A stretch of DNA of 64,000 nucleotides from an uncultured Ruficoccus sp. (GCA_965140785.1 OZ223481.1:128001-192000); one strand, 5' to 3'; positions 38,462 to 49,040 are shown, counted from the first letter of the stretch. Numbers and translations: made by a program. The notes: generated by a model not told the origin, from the letters alone.

Positions 38462-39205
38462 CTACTCAAGTCGATGGAGCTGGCTGCGGGCCAGTTCGAG
38501 GTCTTCGGGGGTGTCGATGCCGAGGGGCTCGTAGGCGGTTTCGACGGCCTGGATGCTCATCCCATGTTCGAGGAAGCGCAGCTGCTCGAGCTTTTCGGTT
38601 TGTTCCAGCGTGCCGGGGGACAGCTCAATGTAACGGGCGAGGGTTTCGCGGGTGTAGCCGTACACCCCGATATGCGCCCAGAAGGTGTGGCTCTCGGTCC
38701 AATCCTCAGGCGCGACGCCGCGCACGTGCGGGACCGGACTGCGCGAGAAGTACATGGCCTGCCCGTCGTGGCGGCGCACGACCTTGACTAGGTTCGGATC
38801 GAGCACTTCGCGGTGCGTGCGGATACGGTACACGGCGGTGACGAGGTCGCAGCGGGTGTTTTCCCAGACCTGCACCAGGCTGTCGAGCAGGTCGGGCTGG
38901 ATGAAGGGCTCGTCACCCTGCACGTTGAGAAAGAACTCGCTGTCGAGCCGGGGCAGGAGCGAAGCCAGCCGCTCGGTGCCACTCTGGCAGTCCGGGCTGG
39001 TCATGAAGACCTGCGCGCCCCAGGCTTCGGCCCGCTCAAGGATTTCCTCCGAGTCGGTGGCGATGGCGACATGGCCGGCCTTGCGCATTCTCGAGGCCTG
39101 CTCCCAGACGTGCTGGAGCATGGGCTTGCCGCCGATGTCAATCAGGGCCTTGCGGGGCAGACGGGTGGAGCCCAGACGGGCGGGGATGATGACGGATACG
39201 CTCAT
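38462..39205 (-). CDS. kdsB: CMP-KDO synthetase
   Basis: IPARLGSTRLPRKAL, SGTER, NVQGDEP, YFSRSPVP, HIGVYGY and EKLEQLR. Confidence 0.96.
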   Translation of the reverse strand: MSVSVIIPARLGSTRLPRKALIDIGGKPMLQHVWEQASRMRKAGHVAIATDSEEILERAEAWGAQVFMTSPDCQSGTERLASLLPRLDSEFFLNVQGDEPFIQPDLLDSLVQVWENTRCDLVTAVYRIRTHREVLDPNLVKVVRRHDGQAMYFSRSPVPHVRGVAPEDWTESHTFWAHIGVYGYTRETLARYIELSPGTLEQTEKLEQLRFLEHGMSIQAVETAYEPLGIDTPEDLELARSQLHRLE

Positions 39206-39330
39206 GGGATAGGGTTCATTCTCACAAAGGCACCCCGGAGACAAAACCTTTTCTTCATATCTGCACTTTGTGATACCGCTACGTTCAATTTAACTCCGGC
39301 TAAACGTTCCCCATTGTGGAGACCCGGCAT

Positions 39331-39870
39331 TCACTTTTCCACTTCGCGCTTTTTTATGAATCTGGCCGGGGTGCCGGCCACCACGGTCCAGGGCTCGACA
39401 TCTTCGAAGACGCTGGAGCGCACGCCGACCACGGCCCCCTCCCCCACCGTGACGCCGGGCCCGATAAAGACATCCGCCGTGACCCAGGCATGGGCCCCGA
39501 TCTCGATCGGGGCGGCCTGATGTGGCAGGTCCAGCCGCCGGTAGTCATGCGTTCCGGTGCAGAGAAAAGTGTACTGGCTGACCGTGCAATGCGCCCGCAA
39601 CGTAATCGGCGCCTGCGTGTAACAATCCACATAATCGCCCAGTGTGCTGCCCTCCTCCATGGTCAGCGCCCAAGGGGCCCAGATACGCGCACCGGAGCCG
39701 GGCTTGGCCCCGGGGGCTATTTTCGCACCGAAGCAGCGCAATAACAGGCAACGCCAGGCATAAAGATTTCTCGGAGTGGGTCGATATAGGATAAACCACA
39801 CAACCGCCCACGCGACACGCCCCAGCTTATGCGCTAAGGAATAGGAGACGGATTGCAAAGGAAGGGTCAT
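39331..39870 (-). CDS. wcaF: WcaF-like polysaccharide acetyltransferase
   Basis: LLRCFGAKI, RIWAPWAL, VSQYTFLCTGTHDY and GTPA. Confidence 0.82.
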   Translation of the reverse strand: MTLPLQSVSYSLAHKLGRVAWAVVWFILYRPTPRNLYAWRCLLLRCFGAKIAPGAKPGSGARIWAPWALTMEEGSTLGDYVDCYTQAPITLRAHCTVSQYTFLCTGTHDYRRLDLPHQAAPIEIGAHAWVTADVFIGPGVTVGEGAVVGVRSSVFEDVEPWTVVAGTPARFIKKREVEK

Positions 39871-39983
39871 ATCTTTTGCTTAAATTGAAGATAAGAGGAA
39901 CCAAAGCCAATATTGTTTTTCCTTGACTCAACCTCCTTTTACAACGTTTTGGGCAGGGCATACTCTCTCCATAGGTTTATTAT

Positions 39984-40241
39984 ATGCTTAATATCACGCT
40001 GATAAAGTTTATCCTGAAGACAGGGCTCGTCACCCTGCTTTTGGTGGGCGGCATCTACATGCTGGCACTCTCTCGCCAGAAATGCGCGGCCATCGCCAGC
40101 AGCCTCTTCGGTGTGCGTGATCTTGAAATCACGACCGGAAATGTTGTCTTCCTTAAAGTCACCGGTGCCATCCTGACCCTACTCGGTCTTTTCCTGATCT
40201 GGAAGCTCTTCATTTACGTGCCCACGGCGGCCAGCAGTTGA
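39984..40241 (+). CDS. Small two-TM membrane protein
   Basis: 85 aa with two hydrophobic segments; fills the divergent gap. Confidence 0.65.
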   Translation: MLNITLIKFILKTGLVTLLLVGGIYMLALSRQKCAAIASSLFGVRDLEITTGNVVFLKVTGAILTLLGLFLIWKLFIYVPTAASS

Positions 40242-41548
40242 GCCAGCTTGTCAAGATCGAGTTTCCCGTTGGTCTTCAGGGGGAGCGTTTCCACCAGCAG
40301 CCAGCGCTTGGGCATAAAGGCGGGTTGCACCTGCCCCCGCAGAGCTTGCTGATGGGCTTTTAATTCTGAGGCGGGGAGGCCCGCCACCAGCGCGACCACC
40401 CGCTGCCCCCAATCCGGGTCCGGCTCGCCCACCACCAGCGCCTCGGCCTCCGGGGCCAGACGACGGATGGCCGCCTCGACCTCCTGCGGATCGACCTTCT
40501 CGCCGCCAGAGACGATGAGCCGGTCCCGACGACCGAGGATGCGCAAACGGCCTTTGCTGTCCACTTCACCTTCGTCGCCGGGGCGGAACTCCGCCTGCGG
40601 GTAAGGTCGCTCCGGGTAGTAGCCGTGAAAAAGCGAACCGCTCCGAATAACGATCCCCCCCGCCTCCATCATCACCCGGACGTGGGGAAACAATTCTCCC
40701 GCCAGTGGTTCTCCGGCCAGAAAATCCTCCGGACGCTGGGCGGCGATGACAGCGGCTGTCTCCGTCATCCCGTAGCTGCATGAGAGCCCCAGTTCGGCAG
40801 CGCGGGCCCGCTCCCGCAGGTCCGGTGCCACGCCGGCCCCGCCGAGCAGGAGCAACCCGAAACCGCCCAGCCAATCCGCCCCGCCCGATTGGGCGAGGAT
40901 ACGCCCGAACTGGGTCGGCACGAGCGAGAGGTGAAATTCGTCCCGCCCCGGCAGGCCTGCTTCCGGCTCCGCAAACTGATGGTAATTCCCCAGGACCAGC
41001 CGCCCGCCGGTGATAAAACTCCTCAGCGCCTGCATCAGCCCGCTCACGTGCCAAAGGGGCAGCACGCACCAGGCATTGACCACGGCGGTATGGTAAAACT
41101 CCGCGTAGCCCTGCACGGCGGCTCCGAGTGTTTCCCAGGTATGCATGGTGAAGCGTACCCGCCCGCCGGTTCCGCCGGTCGGGATCATGATGTGCCCGAC
41201 AAAGGGCTCCAGCGCCGGTAAATCCATCGGGACATGGAGTGGAAGGTGGGCCGTCCCCCAGATAAGGCCCGGCTCCATTTGCACGGCGACCTGCGTCCAC
41301 TCGTTTTCCCGCCAACCCGGACTGGCCAGAAAAAGCGGCGCCCGCGCCGCCACCGCCGCCAACAATCCGCCCAGCAGGGCCGCGGGTTTTTCCTCGGCCA
41401 GCAGGACGGAAACGGCGGGCTTCTTGCGCTGGCGTTCGGTCAGCTCGGCCAGGCGCTTTTCATAGGAGATCCGCACCTGCTCTTGCGTAGGTTCATCGAG
41501 CCAGGGCTGGGTCAGACGCTCCCGAAAGGCCGCTACAGTCGCTTCCAT
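40214..41548 (-). CDS. menE: o-succinylbenzoate-CoA ligase
   Basis: PTGGTGG, LPLWHVSGL, SLVPTQ, YGMTETAA, GRRD..IVSGGEKV.P.EVE and NGK; adjacent to menC. Confidence 0.88.
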   Translation of the reverse strand: MEATVAAFRERLTQPWLDEPTQEQVRISYEKRLAELTERQRKKPAVSVLLAEEKPAALLGGLLAAVAARAPLFLASPGWRENEWTQVAVQMEPGLIWGTAHLPLHVPMDLPALEPFVGHIMIPTGGTGGRVRFTMHTWETLGAAVQGYAEFYHTAVVNAWCVLPLWHVSGLMQALRSFITGGRLVLGNYHQFAEPEAGLPGRDEFHLSLVPTQFGRILAQSGGADWLGGFGLLLLGGAGVAPDLRERARAAELGLSCSYGMTETAAVIAAQRPEDFLAGEPLAGELFPHVRVMMEAGGIVIRSGSLFHGYYPERPYPQAEFRPGDEGEVDSKGRLRILGRRDRLIVSGGEKVDPQEVEAAIRRLAPEAEALVVGEPDPDWGQRVVALVAGLPASELKAHQQALRGQVQPAFMPKRWLLVETLPLKTNGKLDLDKLAQLLAAVGT

Positions 41549-42511
41549 ATCGCTTCACAGGCCTCCGTGGTTAACGAGCCGCAGGCAAGCGTCGGCCCGT
41601 AACTGTGCCGACCTAGTTGATCTTCGTACGGAAAGGCTTCCAGCGTCCCGAAGCCCACCGCCTCCGAGCAGTGTTCGTCCAGCGCGGCCAGCCGCAAGGC
41701 GGCCTCAATTCCGATCGCGGTCTCGAAAACCGAGGAATAGATGACCCGCACCCCCGGGTGGACGGCCCGCCAGGACCGGTAGGCATCAATCGAGCCGCTC
41801 AGCGCGGGCTTGATCACGAAGGGCCCCCTTGGGGAAAAGCTCGCTCCAGCGCGCCAATTCGCCCGGCCCGCACAGAGACTCGTCCAACGCCACCGGCACC
41901 GCGTAACGGTTGGCGAGCGCGGCCATGTGCTTTTCCTCGCCCGGGGGCAGCGGCTGCTCCAAAAACTCGACCGGGTAGTCCTCCAGAAACGCCAGCCACG
42001 CCTCGGCATCCTCCCGGCTGAGTCCGGCGTTGGCATCGAGCCGCAGGATGCCCTTGCCGTGCAGGAGCTTGAACAACTCGGCGCACAGGTGTCGCTCAGT
42101 CTCGATCGACTCGACGCCGATCTTCCACTTAAAGGTCGTAAAACCCTGGCCTAGAAGCGTTTGAAGCGCAGCGTAGGCGGTAATCCCAGCAGGCAGTAGC
42201 CCGGCCACGTGCAGGGAACGCGTCGGAGCGGCCTCCAGCAGGCCCAGCGCGCAATCCAGGGCGAAACGGGTGCAGACCAGCTCCGGCGGCACCGCCAGCG
42301 CGGGGTCTTCGGCCCGGGCATCCAGAAACTCCACCGCCTGTATCAGGCTTTCGGTCCCGAAGGCATCCAGCGGGGCGATTTCGCCGTAACCCACGCGCCC
42401 GTCCTGCTCCAGCCGCACGATGACGCCCTCGCGCTCCGCCCAATCCCCGTGTGCGGTCAGCAGAGGGGTCCGGAAGGGACGGCAGTAGGGCTTCCAGGCG
42501 AGGCGTTCCAT
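41533..42511 (-). CDS. menC: o-succinylbenzoate synthase, split by a +1 frameshift near 41825
   Basis: TAHG...REG, GEIAPL, FKWKIG, LRLDAN, EQP and ALDES in one frame; VIKPAL...SSVFETAIG...GFG in the next frame, joined at a G5 run. Confidence 0.85.
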
Positions 42512-42656
42512 GGGAGGGGGGCAAAGGACATCCGGGAAAATCCGGCGACCTGTTAAGCGCAGCTTGGCAGCTTCCGGGCAAAGTGTCCATCCCTGTGTTT
42601 TTTCATTGTCGCAAGGCTTTCCGCGCCCATAATTCCCAACGGCAACAACCGTTGCC

Positions 42657-44219
42657 ATGAGCGAAGACACAGATACCTTCTTTTATAAACCCGCGGACCT
42701 TTTTTTCCGGGACAATGCCCAGGTCGCCCTGACCTATGACGACATCACGCTGGCCACTCGGTACTCCGAAGTGCTGCCGCGCATGACCAATCCCGAGACC
42801 GCCCTCTCCGAGGCGCTCCAGTTGTCCATGCCGATCGTTTCGGCGGACATGGACACCGTGACCGAGGCCCGCATGGCCATCGCCATGGCCAACAACGGCG
42901 GCATCGGCCTGATCCACTACAACATGTCCGAGCGCGAGCAGGTCAAGCAGGTCGCCCGTGTCAAAAACAACATTCACGGCCTCATTCAGGACCCGATCAG
43001 CGTCAAGCCGGACATGCATATCGCCGAAGTGCTCGACATGATGGACGAGCGGGGCTTCAAGTTCAGCACCTTCCCCGTCATCGACGACTCCGGCAAGCTC
43101 CTCGGCCTGTTGCCGGGCCGCGCCGTCAAGCAGCGCTACCGCGACCGCACCGTTCACGAGGCCATGCAGCCGCGCAAGGAGGTCTTTACCCTCACTCAGT
43201 CCCAGATCGAGGGCGACCCCATCACCGCCGCCGACAAGTTCTTCAACGAGCACCTGGGCATCCACAAGCTCCTCGTGGTCGATGACGACGACCGCCTGGC
43301 CGGACTCTTTACCCTCAGTGACATCGAACGCATCACCGAGGAGAGCCGCGACAACGTTAAACCCGCCCGCGACGCGCAGTTCCGGCTGGTCTGCGGGGCC
43401 GCTGTCTCCGCTCCCCGCACCGCCGAGGGTGCGCTCGACCGGGACAAGCTTCTCACCCACGTCGCCGCCCTGGTGGACGAAGGCGTGGACGCCATCGCCG
43501 TCTCCACCGCCCACGGCCACACCGCTGGTGTGGGCGACGCTGTCCGCCTCCTGCGCAGCGAGTACCCGGACCTGACTCTGATCGCGGGCAATGTCACCAG
43601 TGGCGAGGGCGTCCGCTTCCTGGCCGATGCCGGGGCCAACGCCATCAAGGTCGGCCAGGGCCCGGGCTCGATCTGCACCACCCGCATTGTCGCCGGGGTC
43701 GGCATCCCGCAGTTGACCGCGCTTTATGTGGCCACCCGCGAGGCCGCCAAGGCCGGCGTAAAGATCATCGCCGACGGCGGCATCACTAAAAGCGGCGACA
43801 TCGTCAAGGCCCTCACGCTGGCCGACGCCGTCATGTGCGGCGGCATCCTGGCCGGTTGCCCCGAGGCGCCGGGCAAGATCATGGAGATCAACGGCAAGCT
43901 TTATAAGCAGTACCGCGGCATGGGAAGTCTGGAGGCAATGAAGGCCGGTAGCGCAGCCCGCTACGGTCACTCCAATGCCTCCCGCAACGCCAAAGTCGCC
44001 GCTGAAGGCGTCGAGGCGGTCAAGGAGGTCTCCGACTCGGTCGATCAGGTCCTGGCCCAGCTCATCGGCGGTATCCAGAGCGGCATGGGCTACCTCGGCG
44101 CCCGCAACCTGCCCGAGCTGCGCGAACGTGCCCGCTACATCCGCGTCAGCCCCGCCGGCCAGCGCGAATCCGCCCCGCACGACATCATCGAGGTCAAAAC
44201 CACCAAGGACCCCGCCTAA
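42657..44219 (+). CDS. guaB: IMP dehydrogenase
   Basis: [12 protein letters not shown] pair, [31 protein letters not shown] and AEGVE. Confidence 0.97.
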   Translation: MSEDTDTFFYKPADLFFRDNAQVALTYDDITLATRYSEVLPRMTNPETALSEALQLSMPIVSADMDTVTEARMAIAMANNGGIGLIHYNMSEREQVKQVARVKNNIHGLIQDPISVKPDMHIAEVLDMMDERGFKFSTFPVIDDSGKLLGLLPGRAVKQRYRDRTVHEAMQPRKEVFTLTQSQIEGDPITAADKFFNEHLGIHKLLVVDDDDRLAGLFTLSDIERITEESRDNVKPARDAQFRLVCGAAVSAPRTAEGALDRDKLLTHVAALVDEGVDAIAVSTAHGHTAGVGDAVRLLRSEYPDLTLIAGNVTSGEGVRFLADAGANAIKVGQGPGSICTTRIVAGVGIPQLTALYVATREAAKAGVKIIADGGITKSGDIVKALTLADAVMCGGILAGCPEAPGKIMEINGKLYKQYRGMGSLEAMKAGSAARYGHSNASRNAKVAAEGVEAVKEVSDSVDQVLAQLIGGIQSGMGYLGARNLPELRERARYIRVSPAGQRESAPHDIIEVKTTKDPA

Positions 44220-44418
44220 GCAGGGCATAGCCCTGCACCCTCGATCCTCTGGATCGCAATGGGGCTCCGCCCCATCGGAGCCAGAAAGGCTCCTGCCCCA
44301 GGGAAGAGACATTCTCAAATAAATGGGTCGACCCAGTTTTGATGCTCCGCATCAAAAGTGCAGGCTAAAAAGCTGGTCCAGCCGGACCCTACTGCGGGTC
44401 TGGGCTGCGTAAGCCCAG
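44220..44418. repeat. Composite hairpin mosaic (modules C + A + B) 3' of guaB
   Basis: Module C at 44220-44255, module A at 44256-44299 and module B at 44332-44418; each is matched elsewhere in the window. Confidence 0.8.
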
Positions 44419-44455
44419 AAAACAGAACCGGGGGCGGGACAGAACCCGCCCCCGG
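44418..44455 (-). terminator. Probable terminator of the chitinase gene
   Basis: 11-bp perfect stem CCGGGGGCGGG / CCCGCCCCCGG followed on the minus strand by TTCTGTTTT. Confidence 0.6.
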
Positions 44456-44551
44456 CAGTGCGTTGGGGAGAAACAGGGCACATGGGATGTGCCTGATCTG
44501 GTCACTAAGGACCTAGTTTATTATAGGCATTTTTCCTAATTTCTTAAGGGA

Positions 44552-47500
44552 CTAGTCGGTGGTAACGCTCTCGGCGTAGCGCTCGCCCACCAGCTTGAGG
44601 ATGGATTGGTCGCTGGAGCTGTCGCGCACGTCGTTGGAGAGTTCCCAGAACATGACACCGCCCAAGCCCTGTTCGCTCACAAAATCGAGCTTGCGCTCGA
44701 CCGCGGCGGGGCTGTCGTAGCTGATGAACGTCCCGGTGGCGGCGTTGTACAGGTAGGAAACCTGTGACTCGTCGTCCCAGTATTCGACATTGTTGGCCGG
44801 GTCGGCGGCCATGCGTTCGACGATCGTGCGGTAGTCGATGATGCCGGTCTCGATCGTGCCCGCGCCCAGGCCGGTCGCGCTCTGGTACAGGCCGTTGTTC
44901 GTGGCCGGAACACCCGTCCAGGTGTAGCCGTAGAGCGGGATGCCGAGGGTGATCTTCGAGGCCGGGACACCGGCATCGAGGTAGCCCTGCACCGCCGAAA
45001 CGACGTTGTAGCGGGGCATCGGATCGGCCGAATTGGCAGTAAGCGGGGCGTTGTGCCCGGTCCGCGTCCTGTCCCAGCGACCGTGTAAGTCGTAGGTCAT
45101 GAGGTTGAACCAGTCGAGCTGCTCAGCCAGAGCCGCGAGGTCGATCTTTTCATATTTGTCATAACCGGCGGGCACGGCGGCGCTGATTTCATAGGTCTTG
45201 CCGTCAATGGCCCCCTGGGCGTCCAACGCCTCTCGCAAGGCCTTGGCCAGGAGGGCGTAGTTGGTGGCGTCTTCGGGGCGGACGTTGCTGTTCACGTCGG
45301 TGGCCACGACCGGGTACTCCCAGTCCAGATCGATGCCGTCGAAGTCATACTTAACGACGAAGTCCACCACGGACTGCGCGAACTTCGTCCGCGCGGCGGC
45401 GGAAGCGGCCACGGTGGAGAAGCGGCCCGAGTCAAACCAGCCGCCCACGGCGATCATGGTCCGCAAGTGCGGGTACTGCGCCTTCAGTTCCTGATACTGG
45501 TTGAAGTTGCCGCGCAGGGGCTGCTCCCAGGTGTCATCCCCGAAGCGCTTGCTCAGGTCCGCCTCCGTGTCGATGACTTCGATCTCGCCAGCCGCGTTGA
45601 TGCGGGCGAAGGCGTGGACGATGTGCGTCAGGCTCTCCGCCGGAATGTCGGCCACCTCGTAGCCACGGGCATAGACCCCCCAGCTCGGGAAGTAAGCCAC
45701 GACGCGCCCGGTGTTGCTGCCGGAATCACCGCCGCCGGTACCGGAACCATTGTCCGTGCCCGACCCGTTGTCACCGGAACCGGTATCGGTCCCGCCGTTG
45801 GACGAGCCGTCGTCCCCGCTGCCGTTATCAGAACCGGAGCCGTTATTGCCGCCGTCATCGCCGCCGTCATCGCCGCCGTTGTCGCCGGCACCCGTAGAGC
45901 CATCGGAAACGCTGACACCGTTGAGGGTCACGTTCGTCGGCTGGCTGGAGACGCCGCCGGGGGAGCCGTTGAAGCCGAAGCTCACGCTCGCGCCCGCCGG
46001 CAGGGAGGCATTCCAGGCGAGGTTGGAAACCGTGTAGGTGTCGCCCTCGTGAGAAACAAGCTTGGCGTCCCAGAGGCTGGCGATCGCGTAAGGCCAGTCG
46101 AAGGTCACCGTCCAGCCCTCCAGGGCCGTGCCGGTGGTGTTGGTCAGAGTCGCGCCGGCGGTAAATCCGCTGCCCCAGTCACTGGAGACATCGACCACGA
46201 GTGCGGCGGTTGTATCGGGATTTTCATTACCGGTATCGCCGCTGCCGTTGTCCGAACCATTGTCGCCGGAGCCATCATCGGAACCGCCACTGTTGGACCC
46301 GTCGTCGGAACCGTTTCCGGAGTCATCACCCGAGCCTGTATCGGGATTTCCACTACCGTTGTCGCCGGCATCCGAGCCGTCGGAGAGGTTGACGCCGTTA
46401 ACCACGATGTTGGTCAACTCAGCGGAGGAGTCGCCGCTAGCCTGGAAGCCGAAGGTCACGGTCTGTCCGGGGGTGATGGATCCGTTCCAGCTTTCGTTAC
46501 TGAAGGTGTAGGTATTCCCGCTGCGTGAGCCGTCGGTCGCGCTCCAGAAGCCGGTAATGTTGACCGGAAGGTCGAAGCTGACCGTCCAGTTACCAACCGA
46601 GGCGGTGCCGTTGTTGGTCAGGCTGACCGTGGCGATGAAGCCGTCGCCCCAGTCGCTGCCGACCGCATAGGCCACTGCGAGGTCGGCGCTGCCGGAGCCG
46701 GTCCCGCCGGTGTTGCCACCGTCATTGGAGCCATTGCCGGAATCGTCGCCCGAGCCTGTATCGGGATTTCCACTACCGTTGTCGCCGGTATCGGAGCCGT
46801 CGGGCAGATCGATGCCGTCGACCTGGCCGTCGAGCACGACGGGGTTATCATAATAGTCCTGCACCTTGCTGATGAACCAGTAGTCGTCGGTCGGGGGTGA
46901 GCCCACGCCGTCGGTACTGGCACCCACGCCCGCTCCGAAGAGCGCGACCACGACGCCGGCCTCTTTGGCCAGGTCCAGGTGCGAGCCCCACGTCACAGTG
47001 TTACCGCTGACGGAAACCGCGGAGGTGCCGCCATCGGTCGTGCCGAAGTAACCCAGGCGCGTATCGGATCCGGGGACGAAGCTGTCGCCCAGGAAATACG
47101 GGCCGGTCGAGTCCTCGTAGTGCTGGCTGGTGTTGGCCAGCGGCTCGAATTCGCCGTCGGCGCTGTAGGGATTATCCGCCAGGGTCGTATTGATGTGCCC
47201 GACGGGGAGCTGCCACAGGACGACCGGCAGGCCGGTGCTGTCGTGCATGGCGTTGACGAAGATCAGGTAGTTGGTCCAGTGGGCGGCATTCCAGAACCAC
47301 GTGCTGGCAGCCGGGTTGGCAGCGTTGCCGTCATAGGCCGCGTCGAGGCCGTACTTGTCGATGCTGACGAAGCTCGCCCCGTGGGTGAGCACCCCGGCGT
47401 CCACGTAGTAGTCGGAGATGGCCGAAGCCTCATTGTAAACGGCGACGCGACCGTCAGCCAGGCCGAGCGAATCGGTCAGGCGCACCACGCCCTTGGCGCC

Positions 47501-48847
47501 GACGGGGGTCGTCCAGCCGCCCGCGGGGGAGGCCCAGAGGTTGAACTGCCAGCCGTAGTAGGCGTTGGGCTGGTACTTTTGGAAGGTGTAGTTGATCGCC
47601 TCGACCAGGCCGCGCAGGGTATCGGGGAAGACCGGGTCGCTCGCGTCGAGCACACCCGAGGTGTAGGCGGCGCTGGTGACGGCGTAGATCTCGTCCGGGC
47701 TGGCGGCGTTGTTCTGCGCGAAATAGCCGAGGAAGTCCGGCTCCAGCACCCAGCCGATGACTTCATCGCCGGCGACCGCCTTGGTGATTTCCAGGGCGTG
47801 CTTGAGGTCGGTGAAGTAGCCCTCCAGGTAGGAAGCGGACTCGATGTGCTGCTTGTCGGTATAATAGCTCTCGCCGCCGTCGGGGATGTTGTACCAGACG
47901 AAGAACGGGATCATGCCGAGCTTGACGCTCTCCTCGACATAACGAGTGGCGCGCTCGCCGTCGTTGAGCGAACGCCAGTTCCAGCCTGCGCCGATGCTGT
48001 TGGAGGCCCCGCCGTTGAGGTAGATGTAGCGGATGTCCACGCGCTTGTTCTGGCCGGGGTTTTCAAAATCCTGCCAGAAGTCCAGGTCGGCGGCGGAGTC
48101 CTCGCTGACCGAACCGATGGCCAGGTAATCGGGCAGGCCCGGCACGGAGCCGTCCGCGTTGAGCACGCGCACACCGAGGTAACGAACATCGCCTGTATCC
48201 GTATTCTCGATACGCAGCGAAGCGCGCCCGGCGGTCAGGCCCTTTAACGTGACGTTCTGGCCGGAAACGCCCGGCTCGAGCACGTCCGGGTTGTTGGTGG
48301 CGACGGCGTAGTTGCCCGCCGTTTCGAGGGCAAGACTGTTAGCACCCTGGGAGATCGTTACCTGCAAGGCGGTTCCATCCGCATCCACGGAGGGGAAAAC
48401 GATGGAGCCGTCATTGCCGGGCCCATTACTTCCTCCGCCGGGGGAGCCGTTGTCGTTGCCGCCGGTCCCGGCTTCGCCGGAGAGCGTGGCGGCCAGGCTC
48501 GCGGGGGCAGTGCCGGAGCCGCCGAAGCCGAACTCAACTGTCCCGTTAGCGGAGACGGCACCGTTCCAGGAGACATTACCGATTACGTAAGTGTTGCCCT
48601 CCCGGCTGAGGATTTGGGCGTTCCAGATACTGTTGATCGCGAAGGGCGAATCGAAGGTCAGGGACCAGCCCGCCAAGGGTGTCCCGGTCGTGTTGGTGAA
48701 GGAGGCGTTAGCGGTAAAGCCGTTGCCCCAGTCGTCGGAAACCTTGACGTTGAGCTGGGTCTCCGCGCCGGATACTTGCGTCCATGCCATCAGGGCATTG
48801 AGGGCGGTCGCCGCAACAAGAGGTCGAATTCTGAGCAGTTTTAACAT
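44552..48847 (-). CDS. Secreted multidomain chitinase: CBM2 - Ig-like - unassigned GH-like domain - CBM2 - CBM2 - GH18
   Basis: Signal peptide; three DWG.GF...W...NxxWN...V.FGF CBM2 repeats; Gly/Asp/Asn/Ser linkers; C-terminal YFPSWGVY, THIVHAFA, AVGGW, FDGIDLDWEYP, LMTYD and GGVMFWEL. Confidence 0.9.
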   Translation of the reverse strand: MLKLLRIRPLVAATALNALMAWTQVSGAETQLNVKVSDDWGNGFTANASFTNTTGTPLAGWSLTFDSPFAINSIWNAQILSREGNTYVIGNVSWNGAVSANGTVEFGFGGSGTAPASLAATLSGEAGTGGNDNGSPGGGSNGPGNDGSIVFPSVDADGTALQVTISQGANSLALETAGNYAVATNNPDVLEPGVSGQNVTLKGLTAGRASLRIENTDTGDVRYLGVRVLNADGSVPGLPDYLAIGSVSEDSAADLDFWQDFENPGQNKRVDIRYIYLNGGASNSIGAGWNWRSLNDGERATRYVEESVKLGMIPFFVWYNIPDGGESYYTDKQHIESASYLEGYFTDLKHALEITKAVAGDEVIGWVLEPDFLGYFAQNNAASPDEIYAVTSAAYTSGVLDASDPVFPDTLRGLVEAINYTFQKYQPNAYYGWQFNLWASPAGGWTTPVGAKGVVRLTDSLGLADGRVAVYNEASAISDYYVDAGVLTHGASFVSIDKYGLDAAYDGNAANPAASTWFWNAAHWTNYLIFVNAMHDSTGLPVVLWQLPVGHINTTLADNPYSADGEFEPLANTSQHYEDSTGPYFLGDSFVPGSDTRLGYFGTTDGGTSAVSVSGNTVTWGSHLDLAKEAGVVVALFGAGVGASTDGVGSPPTDDYWFISKVQDYYDNPVVLDGQVDGIDLPDGSDTGDNGSGNPDTGSGDDSGNGSNDGGNTGGTGSGSADLAVAYAVGSDWGDGFIATVSLTNNGTASVGNWTVSFDLPVNITGFWSATDGSRSGNTYTFSNESWNGSITPGQTVTFGFQASGDSSAELTNIVVNGVNLSDGSDAGDNGSGNPDTGSGDDSGNGSDDGSNSGGSDDGSGDNGSDNGSGDTGNENPDTTAALVVDVSSDWGSGFTAGATLTNTTGTALEGWTVTFDWPYAIASLWDAKLVSHEGDTYTVSNLAWNASLPAGASVSFGFNGSPGGVSSQPTNVTLNGVSVSDGSTGAGDNGGDDGGDDGGNNGSGSDNGSGDDGSSNGGTDTGSGDNGSGTDNGSGTGGGDSGSNTGRVVAYFPSWGVYARGYEVADIPAESLTHIVHAFARINAAGEIEVIDTEADLSKRFGDDTWEQPLRGNFNQYQELKAQYPHLRTMIAVGGWFDSGRFSTVAASAAARTKFAQSVVDFVVKYDFDGIDLDWEYPVVATDVNSNVRPEDATNYALLAKALREALDAQGAIDGKTYEISAAVPAGYDKYEKIDLAALAEQLDWFNLMTYDLHGRWDRTRTGHNAPLTANSADPMPRYNVVSAVQGYLDAGVPASKITLGIPLYGYTWTGVPATNNGLYQSATGLGAGTIETGIIDYRTIVERMAADPANNVEYWDDESQVSYLYNAATGTFISYDSPAAVERKLDFVSEQGLGGVMFWELSNDVRDSSSDQSILKLVGERYAESVTTD

Positions 48848-48890
48848 AGAAGAATCTGTTTGGGGGTTTGCACATAGGCCGGCATAGATT

Positions 48891-49040
48891 AAAAAAAACG
48901 CCGACTGGCGGCGCCTCCGGGCGGCGGCTGTCCTGCGCCGGGCCCGAAAGCGCCTTTTATTGGGGTAGAAAATGCCGGAGCGGACGGGCAGTGCCCGGCT
49001 TCCGTTCCCGCACGGGAAAGCGGCGCGTATGCGCCGCCGC
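48891..49040 (-). promoter_or_regulatory. Structured 5' leader ending in an intrinsic terminator upstream of the chitinase
   Basis: Minus strand GGCGCCG-CCAGT-CGGCG followed by T8, 44 nt before the ATG; several GC hairpins upstream. Confidence 0.5.

Noticed and set aside
45715..45900. Tandem GCCGCCGTCATC-like repeats
   Set aside because: They are codons of the Gly/Asp/Asn linker in the chitinase, not a separate element.
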